Virus record (IMG/VR): IMGVR_UViG_3300022895_000146
Location: 1-44,397 of that record
Direction: 5' to 3' (one strand)
DNA length: 44,397 nucleotides
Source: a virus
Taxonomy: Duplodnaviria > Caudoviricetes
Shown here one piece after another: positions 36,701 through 44,397 of this stretch. The position numbers were made by a program, and so were the translations under genes. Positions within the stretch are counted from its first letter, which is position 1. The number at the start of each line of letters is the position of its first letter. The notes under the pieces were generated by a model. The model searched no databases and was not told where the DNA came from. It was given only the letters and a program-made list of their open reading frames with translations.

Positions 36701-37856
36701 GAGGCAACGAACGGCTGATTACTTGCCAATAATTGAGGAGCAAGCAAGGGATTTATATGGCGAGGATGCCGATTTATCAGATCGTACACCTGTTGGTAAA
36801 ATGATTCACTTGCAGGCCCAACAAAGGGCAGAAGATAATGAGCAACTTGAAATGGTCTACAATGCTCGCTTTGTTGACACTTCGGAAGGAGCAACGCTAG
36901 AGGCTAATGTCAAACGTGCCTTACTTACTCGCAAACGGTGGATTAAAGCTACTGGCGAGGTCGTTGTCAATTTAGATAAAGGTGCAAAAATCAATATAGG
37001 TGATTTGTTTCGGACGAAATACAATGTGTATTTTAAAGCTTTAGAGGCTATAGATGCGGTGGAGGATGGAAACTATCGAGTAGATGTTGAAGCCCTTGAA
37101 TATGGCGCAATTGGAAACGTAGAGCCGAATGATATATGTATAATAGTAAATCCCCAGTCAGGCATCAATTCCGTTGTGAATTATGATGCTTTTTTTAATG
37201 GTCAAGATGAAGAAACTGACGAAGAACTGCAAGATCGTTATTATGATTCTCTCGGAAAAGTAGGTGCCAGACGTGTTGAATCCATAGAAGCAAATGTACT
37301 TGACGAAGTGGAGGGTGTGCGTGCTGCCATTGCAATCGAAAATGACACCAATGTATTTGATGAAGAAGGACGCCCGCCACATAGCTTTGAAACAGTTGTG
37401 CTTGGTGGCTTAGATGAAGATATTGCAATGGCGATCTTTAGGAAAAAAGGTGGCGGTATTCGCGCATACGGATCTACTGTATACACTTTTACTGATAACA
37501 GAGGTATTGTGCATGAAATTGGTTTTACCCGTGCCACAACGATTCCTATTTATGTACGGGCATATGTAAAGAAAAGCGGTCAATACCCTTTAAACGGTGA
37601 TAATTTGGTCATTGGTCAAGTAGTCAAATACATTGGTGGTACATACGATAGCGTATTGCATCATGGTTTAGGTATGAGTAAAGATGTCGTTTGTACAAAA
37701 GCTGAGGCCCGTGTGTTATCTATAGATGGAGTTGAGGATGTTCGTGTTGAGTTTTCAGTAGATGGTATTACTTATGAGCCAAAAAATGTCGCCATTGCTT
37801 TTCCTGAAGTAGCTGAAACAGACGAGAGCAAAATCGAGGTGTTGCCTCTTGACTAA
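36678..37856 (+). CDS. Baseplate J-like protein
   Basis: G..GNV, G.D.ETDEEL..R and PPHS.E.VV.GG motifs. TTG start at 36678. Confidence 0.88.
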   Translation: MLTKSGFKRQRTADYLPIIEEQARDLYGEDADLSDRTPVGKMIHLQAQQRAEDNEQLEMVYNARFVDTSEGATLEANVKRALLTRKRWIKATGEVVVNLDKGAKINIGDLFRTKYNVYFKALEAIDAVEDGNYRVDVEALEYGAIGNVEPNDICIIVNPQSGINSVVNYDAFFNGQDEETDEELQDRYYDSLGKVGARRVESIEANVLDEVEGVRAAIAIENDTNVFDEEGRPPHSFETVVLGGLDEDIAMAIFRKKGGGIRAYGSTVYTFTDNRGIVHEIGFTRATTIPIYVRAYVKKSGQYPLNGDNLVIGQVVKYIGGTYDSVLHHGLGMSKDVVCTKAEARVLSIDGVEDVRVEFSVDGITYEPKNVAIAFPEVAETDESKIEVLPLD

Positions 37857-38517
37857 CCAGCGATTACAAACGTTATTAGAACGTATGCCGCGCCATTTCA
37901 CACGCGAGAAAGATAGTAATAACTATAAATTGCTAAAAATTATTGCTGAAAACGGTGTTGAGAACTTAGCTATCCAGCAAACAATTTTGAAATATTGGGA
38001 TGTAGATCAAGCTGAAGGATACGGACTAGATCGGCTAGGTAAAGATGAAGGTATTTCACGTGGTAGTTGGGACGATGACGAGTATCGCAAAATGATTAAA
38101 ATTCAGTGCATTCTTAATTTGTCCGAGGGCGATATAGACACGATGAATCAGATTATGGATGCCTATATGGGCAATGATTTCGTTGGTTTTGAGGAAGGGT
38201 GGAGAGAGTTTGAGCCAGCTACATTACTGCTCAACATTCGTGCTTCAGCTAAAACAATTCCTGATATTTTGGTTAAGCGTATTAAAACAGCAGGGGTAGG
38301 CATTTACATTCTTTTAAATGAGTTAAACGAATTTATTTTATTATATGCGGGCACGTATGCATGGCAGATAAATTATAAAATTTGCAGTCGCTTTAAAACA
38401 GCACCAACGCATGGAGCATTAGGGAAAGAAATTATCAATGTTATCGATGGCATTTACGGCTTTAAAACAAATAGTCGTATTTGTGGTCGATTTAGGACAG
38501 GGGGGACAAAGCAATGA
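37849..38517 (+). CDS. Baseplate/tail protein (gpI-like)
   Basis: D.D.AEG..LD.LG....R....D..YR motif. Confidence 0.75.
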   Translation: MTNQRLQTLLERMPRHFTREKDSNNYKLLKIIAENGVENLAIQQTILKYWDVDQAEGYGLDRLGKDEGISRGSWDDDEYRKMIKIQCILNLSEGDIDTMNQIMDAYMGNDFVGFEEGWREFEPATLLLNIRASAKTIPDILVKRIKTAGVGIYILLNELNEFILLYAGTYAWQINYKICSRFKTAPTHGALGKEIINVIDGIYGFKTNSRICGRFRTGGTKQ

Positions 38518-38822
38518 ATGAGATACAGCCATTGATGCTTGAGCTCGTACAGCAATACTTAAGTGACATGGTAGCAGGTGCAAAAGTTACTATAGATGGA
38601 ACTGTATACGACAAAGAAATTTATCATACAAGTACAAAATATGGCTTACGAAAGTATGTCAAATTATCAATGGAACAAGGCTTGGTGACTCGTGCGTCAT
38701 TAGTTGATAGCCATGGACGTGAACTGTATGTAAAAACAATGAACTACCAAAAAGGAGTTCAAGGGTATGTGATTGCATTCCCATTGCAGCTCGAAGCAAA
38801 GGAAGTGAAAGTAAATGCGTAA
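38514..38822 (+). CDS. Tail protein, hypothetical
   Basis: Coupled to its neighbours. Confidence 0.65.
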   Translation: MNEIQPLMLELVQQYLSDMVAGAKVTIDGTVYDKEIYHTSTKYGLRKYVKLSMEQGLVTRASLVDSHGRELYVKTMNYQKGVQGYVIAFPLQLEAKEVKVNA

Positions 38823-39414
38823 TCTAATGAATGGTGAAATACCATTAAATTTCAAGAAAAATCCGTATGATCGCACACAATGGCATGATGATGTAACGGA
38901 CCCAGTAACCGGAGAAGTCATTGAGGACGGTACACCGTACATGTCAGAGTTCGCAAATAATTTTGAGTGGGGAATCTATAATGCCTATCGCTTTTTAATT
39001 GAAATATATCGACAGATTGAGCGTATGCGTGTGCAGTTGGAACTTGACGGCCGCGTACCAGGTAACAGTGGAACTTTTGCAGATGTGTTAGATGGCAGTA
39101 CCAATAAAATCGTACTGGATAAAACACTTACTGATATAGTAGAGTCTGTGGTCATTGGCACTACTGTTTTGAAGGTTGCGAATACTGAAGGATTTACAGC
39201 CTTTTCACAGGTAACTATTTTTGATGATGTGGCCAATGAAGATGTTTTTATCACTGAGGTAGGTAAAGACTTTATCAAAGTACAAGCTCTTAAAAATGCA
39301 TACAAAAAAGGTGCTAAATTAGCTCGTAGTAATGTAGCAATTGATACAACATTGTCAGAGATGGGTATTGGGGATTGGCAGACTTATCATGTTGAGTTAG
39401 TGGAGGTGGTTTAG
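38815..39414 (+). CDS. Tail fibre-associated protein
   Basis: Y..T.W.D...GTP...NN.E.GI N-terminal fibre attachment motif. Confidence 0.65.
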   Translation: MRNLMNGEIPLNFKKNPYDRTQWHDDVTDPVTGEVIEDGTPYMSEFANNFEWGIYNAYRFLIEIYRQIERMRVQLELDGRVPGNSGTFADVLDGSTNKIVLDKTLTDIVESVVIGTTVLKVANTEGFTAFSQVTIFDDVANEDVFITEVGKDFIKVQALKNAYKKGAKLARSNVAIDTTLSEMGIGDWQTYHVELVEVV

Positions 39415-39415
39415 G

Positions 39416-41059
39416 ATGGCAAGGTATTTTTGGAATAGATACAAAGTTAAAGCTAAATATACTTTTATTGAAACGTTCGATCAATATATGAATGTCGGAT
39501 CTGTTTATGGATATACGACAAATAATGTAGATGATACACGTCCACCTTTTACTAACCCGAAATATGAACAAAATCCTGTTTTACGTGAAGTAATGCTTGG
39601 AGCAGACGGTACGAATAACGGAGAGTTTGTATTTGTTTTTAATAAACCTGTATCAGATTTTGTTTATAAATACGTAGCAGCGGCAGGTAGTCATTTTGCA
39701 ATATATCGTCAGACAGTAAGTTCGACCACCTATTCACCAGGTGAATATTTAACAACTATTACTGCTGATGAGAATGCATATATAAATAATGCTAGGAATG
39801 CCGATGGTTATTGGTATGTAAGAGGTGAAAAAGCAAATACACCACCTACTTATACTCAGATACCTACACAATCTACTAAAAAAGATTTAACCGTCACAAT
39901 TAATCTAGCTAATTATTTTACTGATTCAGAGGGAGATCCATTGACCTATGCAGCTTCATCAAGCAATCCAAGCGTAACGACAACTAGTGTGGTAGGCAAT
40001 ACATTAACCTTGACTGGTAAAGAAATTGGTAGTGCTTGGATTTCAGTAGATGCAAATGATGGCGAATTTACTACTTCACAAGGTTTTGCGTTAAATGTTA
40101 CCAACACTGCTCCAACAGTTTCAGTAACATCACCAAGCGCAAATGTCACACTATATGAAAATGATGTATTTAATGTGGCTGGCTCTGCAGCTGATGTAAA
40201 TGCCAATCAATCAGTTACAATTTATGCCCAAGTGAATTTGGAACAACGCATCGTGCTAGGGATTGGTTTGAGTAACGCTGCCATTCCATTTAACAAACAA
40301 TTGAAATTTAAGGGTGGAAAACTGTATGATCGCGAAACAGCTATCACAGGTAATCTAACCGATGGCGTGCCACATACGCTTAAAATATGGGCGCAGGATA
40401 GCGATGGTGGTCAATCTACGATAGCAGAGCGTACATTTTATGTTGTGCCAAACAGACCACCTGTTTTAACCGTTGATACTGTACAACCAAGTGGCATTAT
40501 TAATACTGATAAATTTAAAATTAGTGGTGGAGCTAGTGATCCAGACGATAACGAAATAACGGCAGCGTATAGAATCAATGGGGGAAACAGCATAGCATTA
40601 GAAATCATTGATGGTAAATGGGCATTTGATATTGCATTGGCACAGTTAGTAGTGGGGCAAAATACGATCGTTATTGAACTAATGGACAGTTACGATTTCA
40701 AAGTTTCAAAAACCATAAAATTAAATAAAAGCGAAGTGAAAACGCCTATTTTGCAATCTGTAGCGAGGTATAAGATTTCTCCTCCTAAAGGTTCTGCGAA
40801 GGGCGTTTTAATGTGGATTCAGCGTGATACGGACTTGGATTTAAATATTGATCTATCCATGACACTCAAAGGTGAGCAAGAGTCTTATGTACCACTCACA
40901 GCTACACACACAGTGCCAGTTTATGAAAGTGTTGTAGAGGATGAGTTTTATTATGAAACACAGGAGTCGAAGGATAATATTATTCTCAAACTAACTACTA
41001 CTAGACCTAACGTAAATATTAACAATAAAATCTATCTAATTATGGGGGTGTTGGAATAA
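39416..41059 (+). CDS. Tail fibre/receptor-binding protein with Ig-like (cadherin/Big) repeats
   Basis: Repeated N.PP/N.AP and D.EGD.LTY/DPD.NEIT motifs; T/S/N-rich beta protein. Confidence 0.7.
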   Translation: MARYFWNRYKVKAKYTFIETFDQYMNVGSVYGYTTNNVDDTRPPFTNPKYEQNPVLREVMLGADGTNNGEFVFVFNKPVSDFVYKYVAAAGSHFAIYRQTVSSTTYSPGEYLTTITADENAYINNARNADGYWYVRGEKANTPPTYTQIPTQSTKKDLTVTINLANYFTDSEGDPLTYAASSSNPSVTTTSVVGNTLTLTGKEIGSAWISVDANDGEFTTSQGFALNVTNTAPTVSVTSPSANVTLYENDVFNVAGSAADVNANQSVTIYAQVNLEQRIVLGIGLSNAAIPFNKQLKFKGGKLYDRETAITGNLTDGVPHTLKIWAQDSDGGQSTIAERTFYVVPNRPPVLTVDTVQPSGIINTDKFKISGGASDPDDNEITAAYRINGGNSIALEIIDGKWAFDIALAQLVVGQNTIVIELMDSYDFKVSKTIKLNKSEVKTPILQSVARYKISPPKGSAKGVLMWIQRDTDLDLNIDLSMTLKGEQESYVPLTATHTVPVYESVVEDEFYYETQESKDNIILKLTTTRPNVNINNKIYLIMGVLE

Positions 41060-41274
41060 TGCTTAGACGTAGAAGATTGCCCAATGGAGAATTAGGTGAG
41101 TTTGAAAAAGTAGGTACCATACCCACAACAGAAGAACAAGTCATGTCTTTAGGAGAGCAGTTAGCCCAAGAGAAGGTGAAAAATATTCAAAAAGATATTC
41201 TTATAAATAATCTAGGTACCCAGTTAACACAACTAAAACTCGATATGATTTCAATGAAAGGCGGTGGAGACTGA
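41059..41274 (+). CDS. XkdW-like tail fibre assembly protein
   Basis: Short coiled coil (LGEQLAQEK) directly before an xkdX-like gene. Confidence 0.6.
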   Translation: MLRRRRLPNGELGEFEKVGTIPTTEEQVMSLGEQLAQEKVKNIQKDILINNLGTQLTQLKLDMISMKGGGD

Positions 41275-41429
41275 TGAATTTTTAGCAAATTGCTTTTATC
41301 TCGAGCTGGGTAACTGCAGAACAATTACGTATTGCTGTAAAAACAGAAATGAATCCATTTGGAGAAATTACAAAAGAACAATACAAAGAAATTACAGGGG
41401 AAGAATTTAAGCCGCAAGCTAAGGCTTAG
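41274..41429 (+). pseudogene. xkdX: XkdX-family gene with a nonsense codon at position 4
   Basis: ATG AAT TTT TAG, then in frame QIAF..WVTAEQLRIAV...GEITKEQYKEITGEEF, the XkdX signature. TAG probably derives from TGG. Confidence 0.75.
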
Positions 41430-41507
41430 TATTATTTTTTTCAGTGTAGAAGGTAAATTCCCTCTTTTGTCGAAATGTGTAAAAAAAGATGGAAAGAGGG
41501 GAAATGT

Positions 41508-41849
41508 ATGTTTAAAAATATTTTTGAATTTTTATTGGCATTACCTAAATTATTTTTCTTTATTCTTCTCATTGCGTTTATAACATTAAATATGGAAGCC
41601 AATGAACTTTCTAAAGGAAAACAAAACGAAAAATTGGCTAATCTGATTGATTTTTTTGAGTCACAAATATTATTGTTTACACTGATTCTAGCTGTAATAG
41701 AGGTTGCTAGTATAATTTATACATTTACTTTGAAACATAGAGCAGAACTAGAACTAGTACGAAGAGTTAGCAGATTAGAATCAAAATTATTAGAATATGA
41801 GAAAGATATAAAACATTTGGAGAGTGGGGATATGAAAAATAATACTTGA
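41508..41849 (+). CDS. Membrane protein (2 TM plus coiled coil), moron
   Basis: AT-rich, two hydrophobic helices, RBS GAGGGG, followed by a terminator at 41892-41921. Confidence 0.7.
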   Translation: MFKNIFEFLLALPKLFFFILLIAFITLNMEANELSKGKQNEKLANLIDFFESQILLFTLILAVIEVASIIYTFTLKHRAELELVRRVSRLESKLLEYEKDIKHLESGDMKNNT

Positions 41850-41945
41850 TAGAGGGAAATATTTAATAATCCCAAGTGCTTGGGAATTTAAAGGGTGCGA
41901 CAAAAAGGCGTATCCTTTTTTATTATGTCAAAGGGAAGTGTTGTC

Positions 41946-42245
41946 ATGAATATGGAGTTAACAGCAATAGTAGGAGTGTTAAGTGCTTTGTTTGGCATAC
42001 TTTTTACGTATCTTGCATTCCTGAAAAATCGTGATAAAGATGTACAACAAAGTGCTGCTGAATCAGCAGTAATCAGCACAAAGTTAGATGCCATTAACAA
42101 TGGTGTTGAAAATATTCGTGTAGATATGAAAGTAGAACAGAAAGCACGAATGGACTTGTCAGAACGTGTTACACGTGTAGAAGAATCAAGCAAACAAGCG
42201 CACAAACGAATTGATGAATTGGGGGAGAAAGTATATGAAAATTAA
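41946..42245 (+). CDS. XhlA-like membrane protein of the lysis cassette
   Basis: One TM plus coiled coil ending RVEESSKQAHKRID. Confidence 0.7.
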   Translation: MNMELTAIVGVLSALFGILFTYLAFLKNRDKDVQQSAAESAVISTKLDAINNGVENIRVDMKVEQKARMDLSERVTRVEESSKQAHKRIDELGEKVYEN

Positions 42246-42495
42246 TTGGAAAGTACGTTTAAAACACAAGCCATTTTTAGTGGCAGCATTTGCATTAATA
42301 CTATTATTGGTGCAACAAATTGGTACATTATTTGGCTACGATACGACCATCTATAACGAGCGAGTAACAGAGTTATTTAACACTGTGCTCGCTTTTTTAG
42401 TGCTGATTGGAGTGGTTATTGACCCAACGACAGAAGGCACTAATGACAGCTCTCAGGCATTAAAATACGACAAACCAAAGGATGATGTTAAATGA
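42235..42495 (+). CDS. Holin (phiLC3 family)
   Basis: MKINWKVR.K...F, two TMs, GVV.DPTT.G..DS..AL.Y..PK. Confidence 0.92.
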   Translation: MKINWKVRLKHKPFLVAAFALILLLVQQIGTLFGYDTTIYNERVTELFNTVLAFLVLIGVVIDPTTEGTNDSSQALKYDKPKDDVK

Positions 42496-43160
42496 GCTCA
42501 AACGTAACAACTACATGTCGAGATCTTTCAGAGTTATTACCTGCAGCACAAACAGCCTGCAGACTTTTGTTTCAGGAGTGTTTTAAAGTAGGCATTAAAA
42601 ATATCTTTATTACAGAGACTTATCGCTCACAGGAACGACAAAATTATCTTTATGCTCAGGGTCGTACAAGACCTGGGCAAATTGTTACCTGGACACTTTC
42701 CAGTAATCACAAATCACGCTTAGCTTGGGATATTGCTGTAGGTCCTCCACAGTCTTTATATGATGTAACTACACTTAATCGAGTAGGGGCTATTGCACGA
42801 AAGTTAGGTATTACATGGGGTGGCGATTGGGTAGGTAGTATCGACCGACCACATTTTGAAGTTAAAGCAAATTGGAAGTTACCTGCAGGTTATAAGCTAG
42901 AGGGTAAATTGAACGTGCCTACTAATAGCAAGGGACAAGTACAACTAATCGTAGAGGATAAAAAGGAGGAAATCAAAATGGCTCAAACATGGAACCCTGG
43001 TTCACCAGCTATGAAAACTGAAACAGAAAACTTTATCGCACAGGCGGTTAAAGACGGCATTATTCAGGAATCGCATTTAAAGGATTTACAGAATGGTACA
43101 ATGACGACTGATCGTTTAATGGGCTTGTATATTACGATTCAGCAAAGACGTGGTAAATAA
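42492..43160 (+). CDS. Endolysin, M15 family (L-Ala-D-Glu peptidase)
   Basis: ETYRSQERQ..LYAQGRT.PG.IVT, S.H....A.D and WGGDW...D.PHFE. Confidence 0.92.
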   Translation: MSSNVTTTCRDLSELLPAAQTACRLLFQECFKVGIKNIFITETYRSQERQNYLYAQGRTRPGQIVTWTLSSNHKSRLAWDIAVGPPQSLYDVTTLNRVGAIARKLGITWGGDWVGSIDRPHFEVKANWKLPAGYKLEGKLNVPTNSKGQVQLIVEDKKEEIKMAQTWNPGSPAMKTETENFIAQAVKDGIIQESHLKDLQNGTMTTDRLMGLYITIQQRRGK

Positions 43161-43166
43161 TATAAT

Positions 43167-43202
43167 GCCCAGGCTCAATTTAATTGAACCTGGGCTTTTT
43201 TG
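43167..43202 (+). terminator. Terminator at the end of the late operon
   Basis: GCCCAGG.TCAATT-t-AATTGA.CCTGGGC followed by a T run. Confidence 0.8.
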
Positions 43203-43216
43203 AGTTATTCATATAA

Positions 43217-43744
43217 TTATTGTTCGATATGTTTTTCTAATTCTCTTACATATTCACGTTCAATTTTTCGAACTTCACTAAGGTATTCATTAGCTCCAGT
43301 TATTTTAGAAAGGTCATTAGTATCAATTGCGGATGCAATTTCACTAAGTGCAGAGTTTTGTTTATTTAACATATCAATTAGCTTTTCGTGGGTGTCAACC
43401 AATTCATTATCCACGTCCAATGATTCAACTTGTTCTACTAATTGCATATTTTTTGGTAAAAGTTCATTAGCTATTATGTTACTTAAATCTTGATCGTTTA
43501 AAGTGCCATCTGTCGATTGTTGTCTCAATTCATCCCATTCAACACCGAAGTTATATATTTCTTCCATAATAGGACTAACTTCTTTAATATAATCCTGGTA
43601 TATTTTATCGTTATTAGCAGATGTTTTTTCTACAGAAGAAGTTTCCTCTTTGTCTTGTTTAGGCTCCTCTTTGTCATTAGATGTTCCGCAACCTGCTAAA
43701 CTAAGTGCTAGTATAAGAGCAGCACCAGAAATTAGTTTTCTCAT
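43217..43744 (-). CDS. Lipoprotein (lysogenic conversion gene)
   Basis: Signal peptide with lipobox LAGC, helical acidic body, convergent with the endolysin. Confidence 0.8.
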   Translation of the reverse strand: MRKLISGAALILALSLAGCGTSNDKEEPKQDKEETSSVEKTSANNDKIYQDYIKEVSPIMEEIYNFGVEWDELRQQSTDGTLNDQDLSNIIANELLPKNMQLVEQVESLDVDNELVDTHEKLIDMLNKQNSALSEIASAIDTNDLSKITGANEYLSEVRKIEREYVRELEKHIEQ

Positions 43745-44127
43745 TGTATAATTTTCTCCTTTATATATATGTATTTCTAAAATTATATCAATTATGACAG
43801 TTGTTGTCAGTATCTAAACAGGGTCACAACATACATGACCCTGTTGTGACCCTTTCATATAGTATAAGGTTGAGTAGATTTGATTCAAAAATTCGTTAAA
43901 ATATATGAAAATATGAATCTGTGAGTAAGAATGATAAATATTGATGCAGCAATGGTTAAATACGCATATAAGAACGTAAAAAATACAGCTATTAGCGTGC
44001 TTCTTAAATCGTTTAAAAATGTTTTTTTGAAAAAGATTATAAAAATGCTAGTTGATGTAAATAATTTTTGATAAGATTTTTATATGATACGTACCTGTCC
44101 ATAACAATGATAATTAAATATTTTTTA

Positions 44128-44214
44128 CTGGGGCACTATTTCTGAAAAAAACTACAAGTGCCCCAGAAAGTGCCCCAAAGAGTACCCCAGTTAAATACAT
44201 TTAGATACATTTAG
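44128..44214. repeat. Probable integrase arm-type and accessory-factor binding sites of the right att region
   Basis: AGT(G/A)CCCCA x3 direct at 12-bp spacing (44157, 44169, 44181), one inverted copy (44128-44137), and tandem ATACATTTAG x2 (44195-44214). Confidence 0.6.
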
Positions 44215-44397
44215 TTAGATAGGTATAAAAAATATCCTTCCTGCAAACCCTTCATCTTATGCATATCTCTAAAATTAGAAACATCAGGTTAGAAACCAAG
44301 GTCATAAGTATTGCTTATCAAAAAAGATAATATTAATGTAATTTACTTATGAATATAAATACGTTATCATGGGTATTGGAGAAAAGTTGCTTTACAC

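Larger units (their letters stand above)
128..44260. mobile_element. Prophage (temperate, contractile tail); left end interrupted, right boundary approximate
   Basis: Canonical lysogeny-replication-packaging-head-tail-lysis gene order, with arm-like repeats near 44130-44215. Confidence 0.95.

Noticed and set aside
19504-40206. Many minus-strand ORFs over structural genes (e.g. 20140-20715, 20873-21271, 32745-33146)
   Set aside because: Shadow frames of well-supported plus-strand genes, with no RBS or motifs.
41359-41583. 74-aa ORF
   Set aside because: Straddles the xkdX pseudogene and the next moron in other frames.
43818-43853. Overlapping AGGGTCA/TGACCCT inverted and direct repeats
   Set aside because: Could be an operator, terminator or relic arm site; a single cluster with no way to discriminate.

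Overview
The window is an almost complete temperate prophage of a low-GC Bacillota host (Bacillaceae/Lysinibacillus-like by impression only). It has a contractile (myovirus-type) tail. Order: right end of an IS66-like element that truncates the tyrosine integrase; ImmA-type protease; a ~5.5 kb accessory block; Xre repressor/Cro switch with five 17-bp operators; early/replication genes (Rha antirepressor, ERF, replication initiator, SSB, RecU); late activator; a moron region (EVE/PUA-like-HNH nuclease, two cargo genes in a duplicated non-coding frame); packaging, head, tail, baseplate and lysis genes; a lipoprotein; and probable integrase arm-type repeats. The accessory block holds an unknown two-gene operon with a PD-(D/E)xK-like protein, an IS1182 copy, a small structured repeat RNA with its own promoter, and an orphan PemK/MazF-like gene. 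Best candidates for new biology: (1) the MazF-like gene followed by a promoter-driven two-repeat RNA with compensatory base changes and a terminator, a type III toxin-antitoxin-like layout in unusual order, lying upstream of the unknown operon; (2) duplicated rrn-boxA-like hairpin frames around late-region cargo genes; (3) toxin and anti-defence cargo inside the head operon (MuF-ADP-ribosyltransferase with a putative immunity gene, and an Acb2/Tad1-like protein). All protein calls come from motif recognition and synteny; no searches were run.
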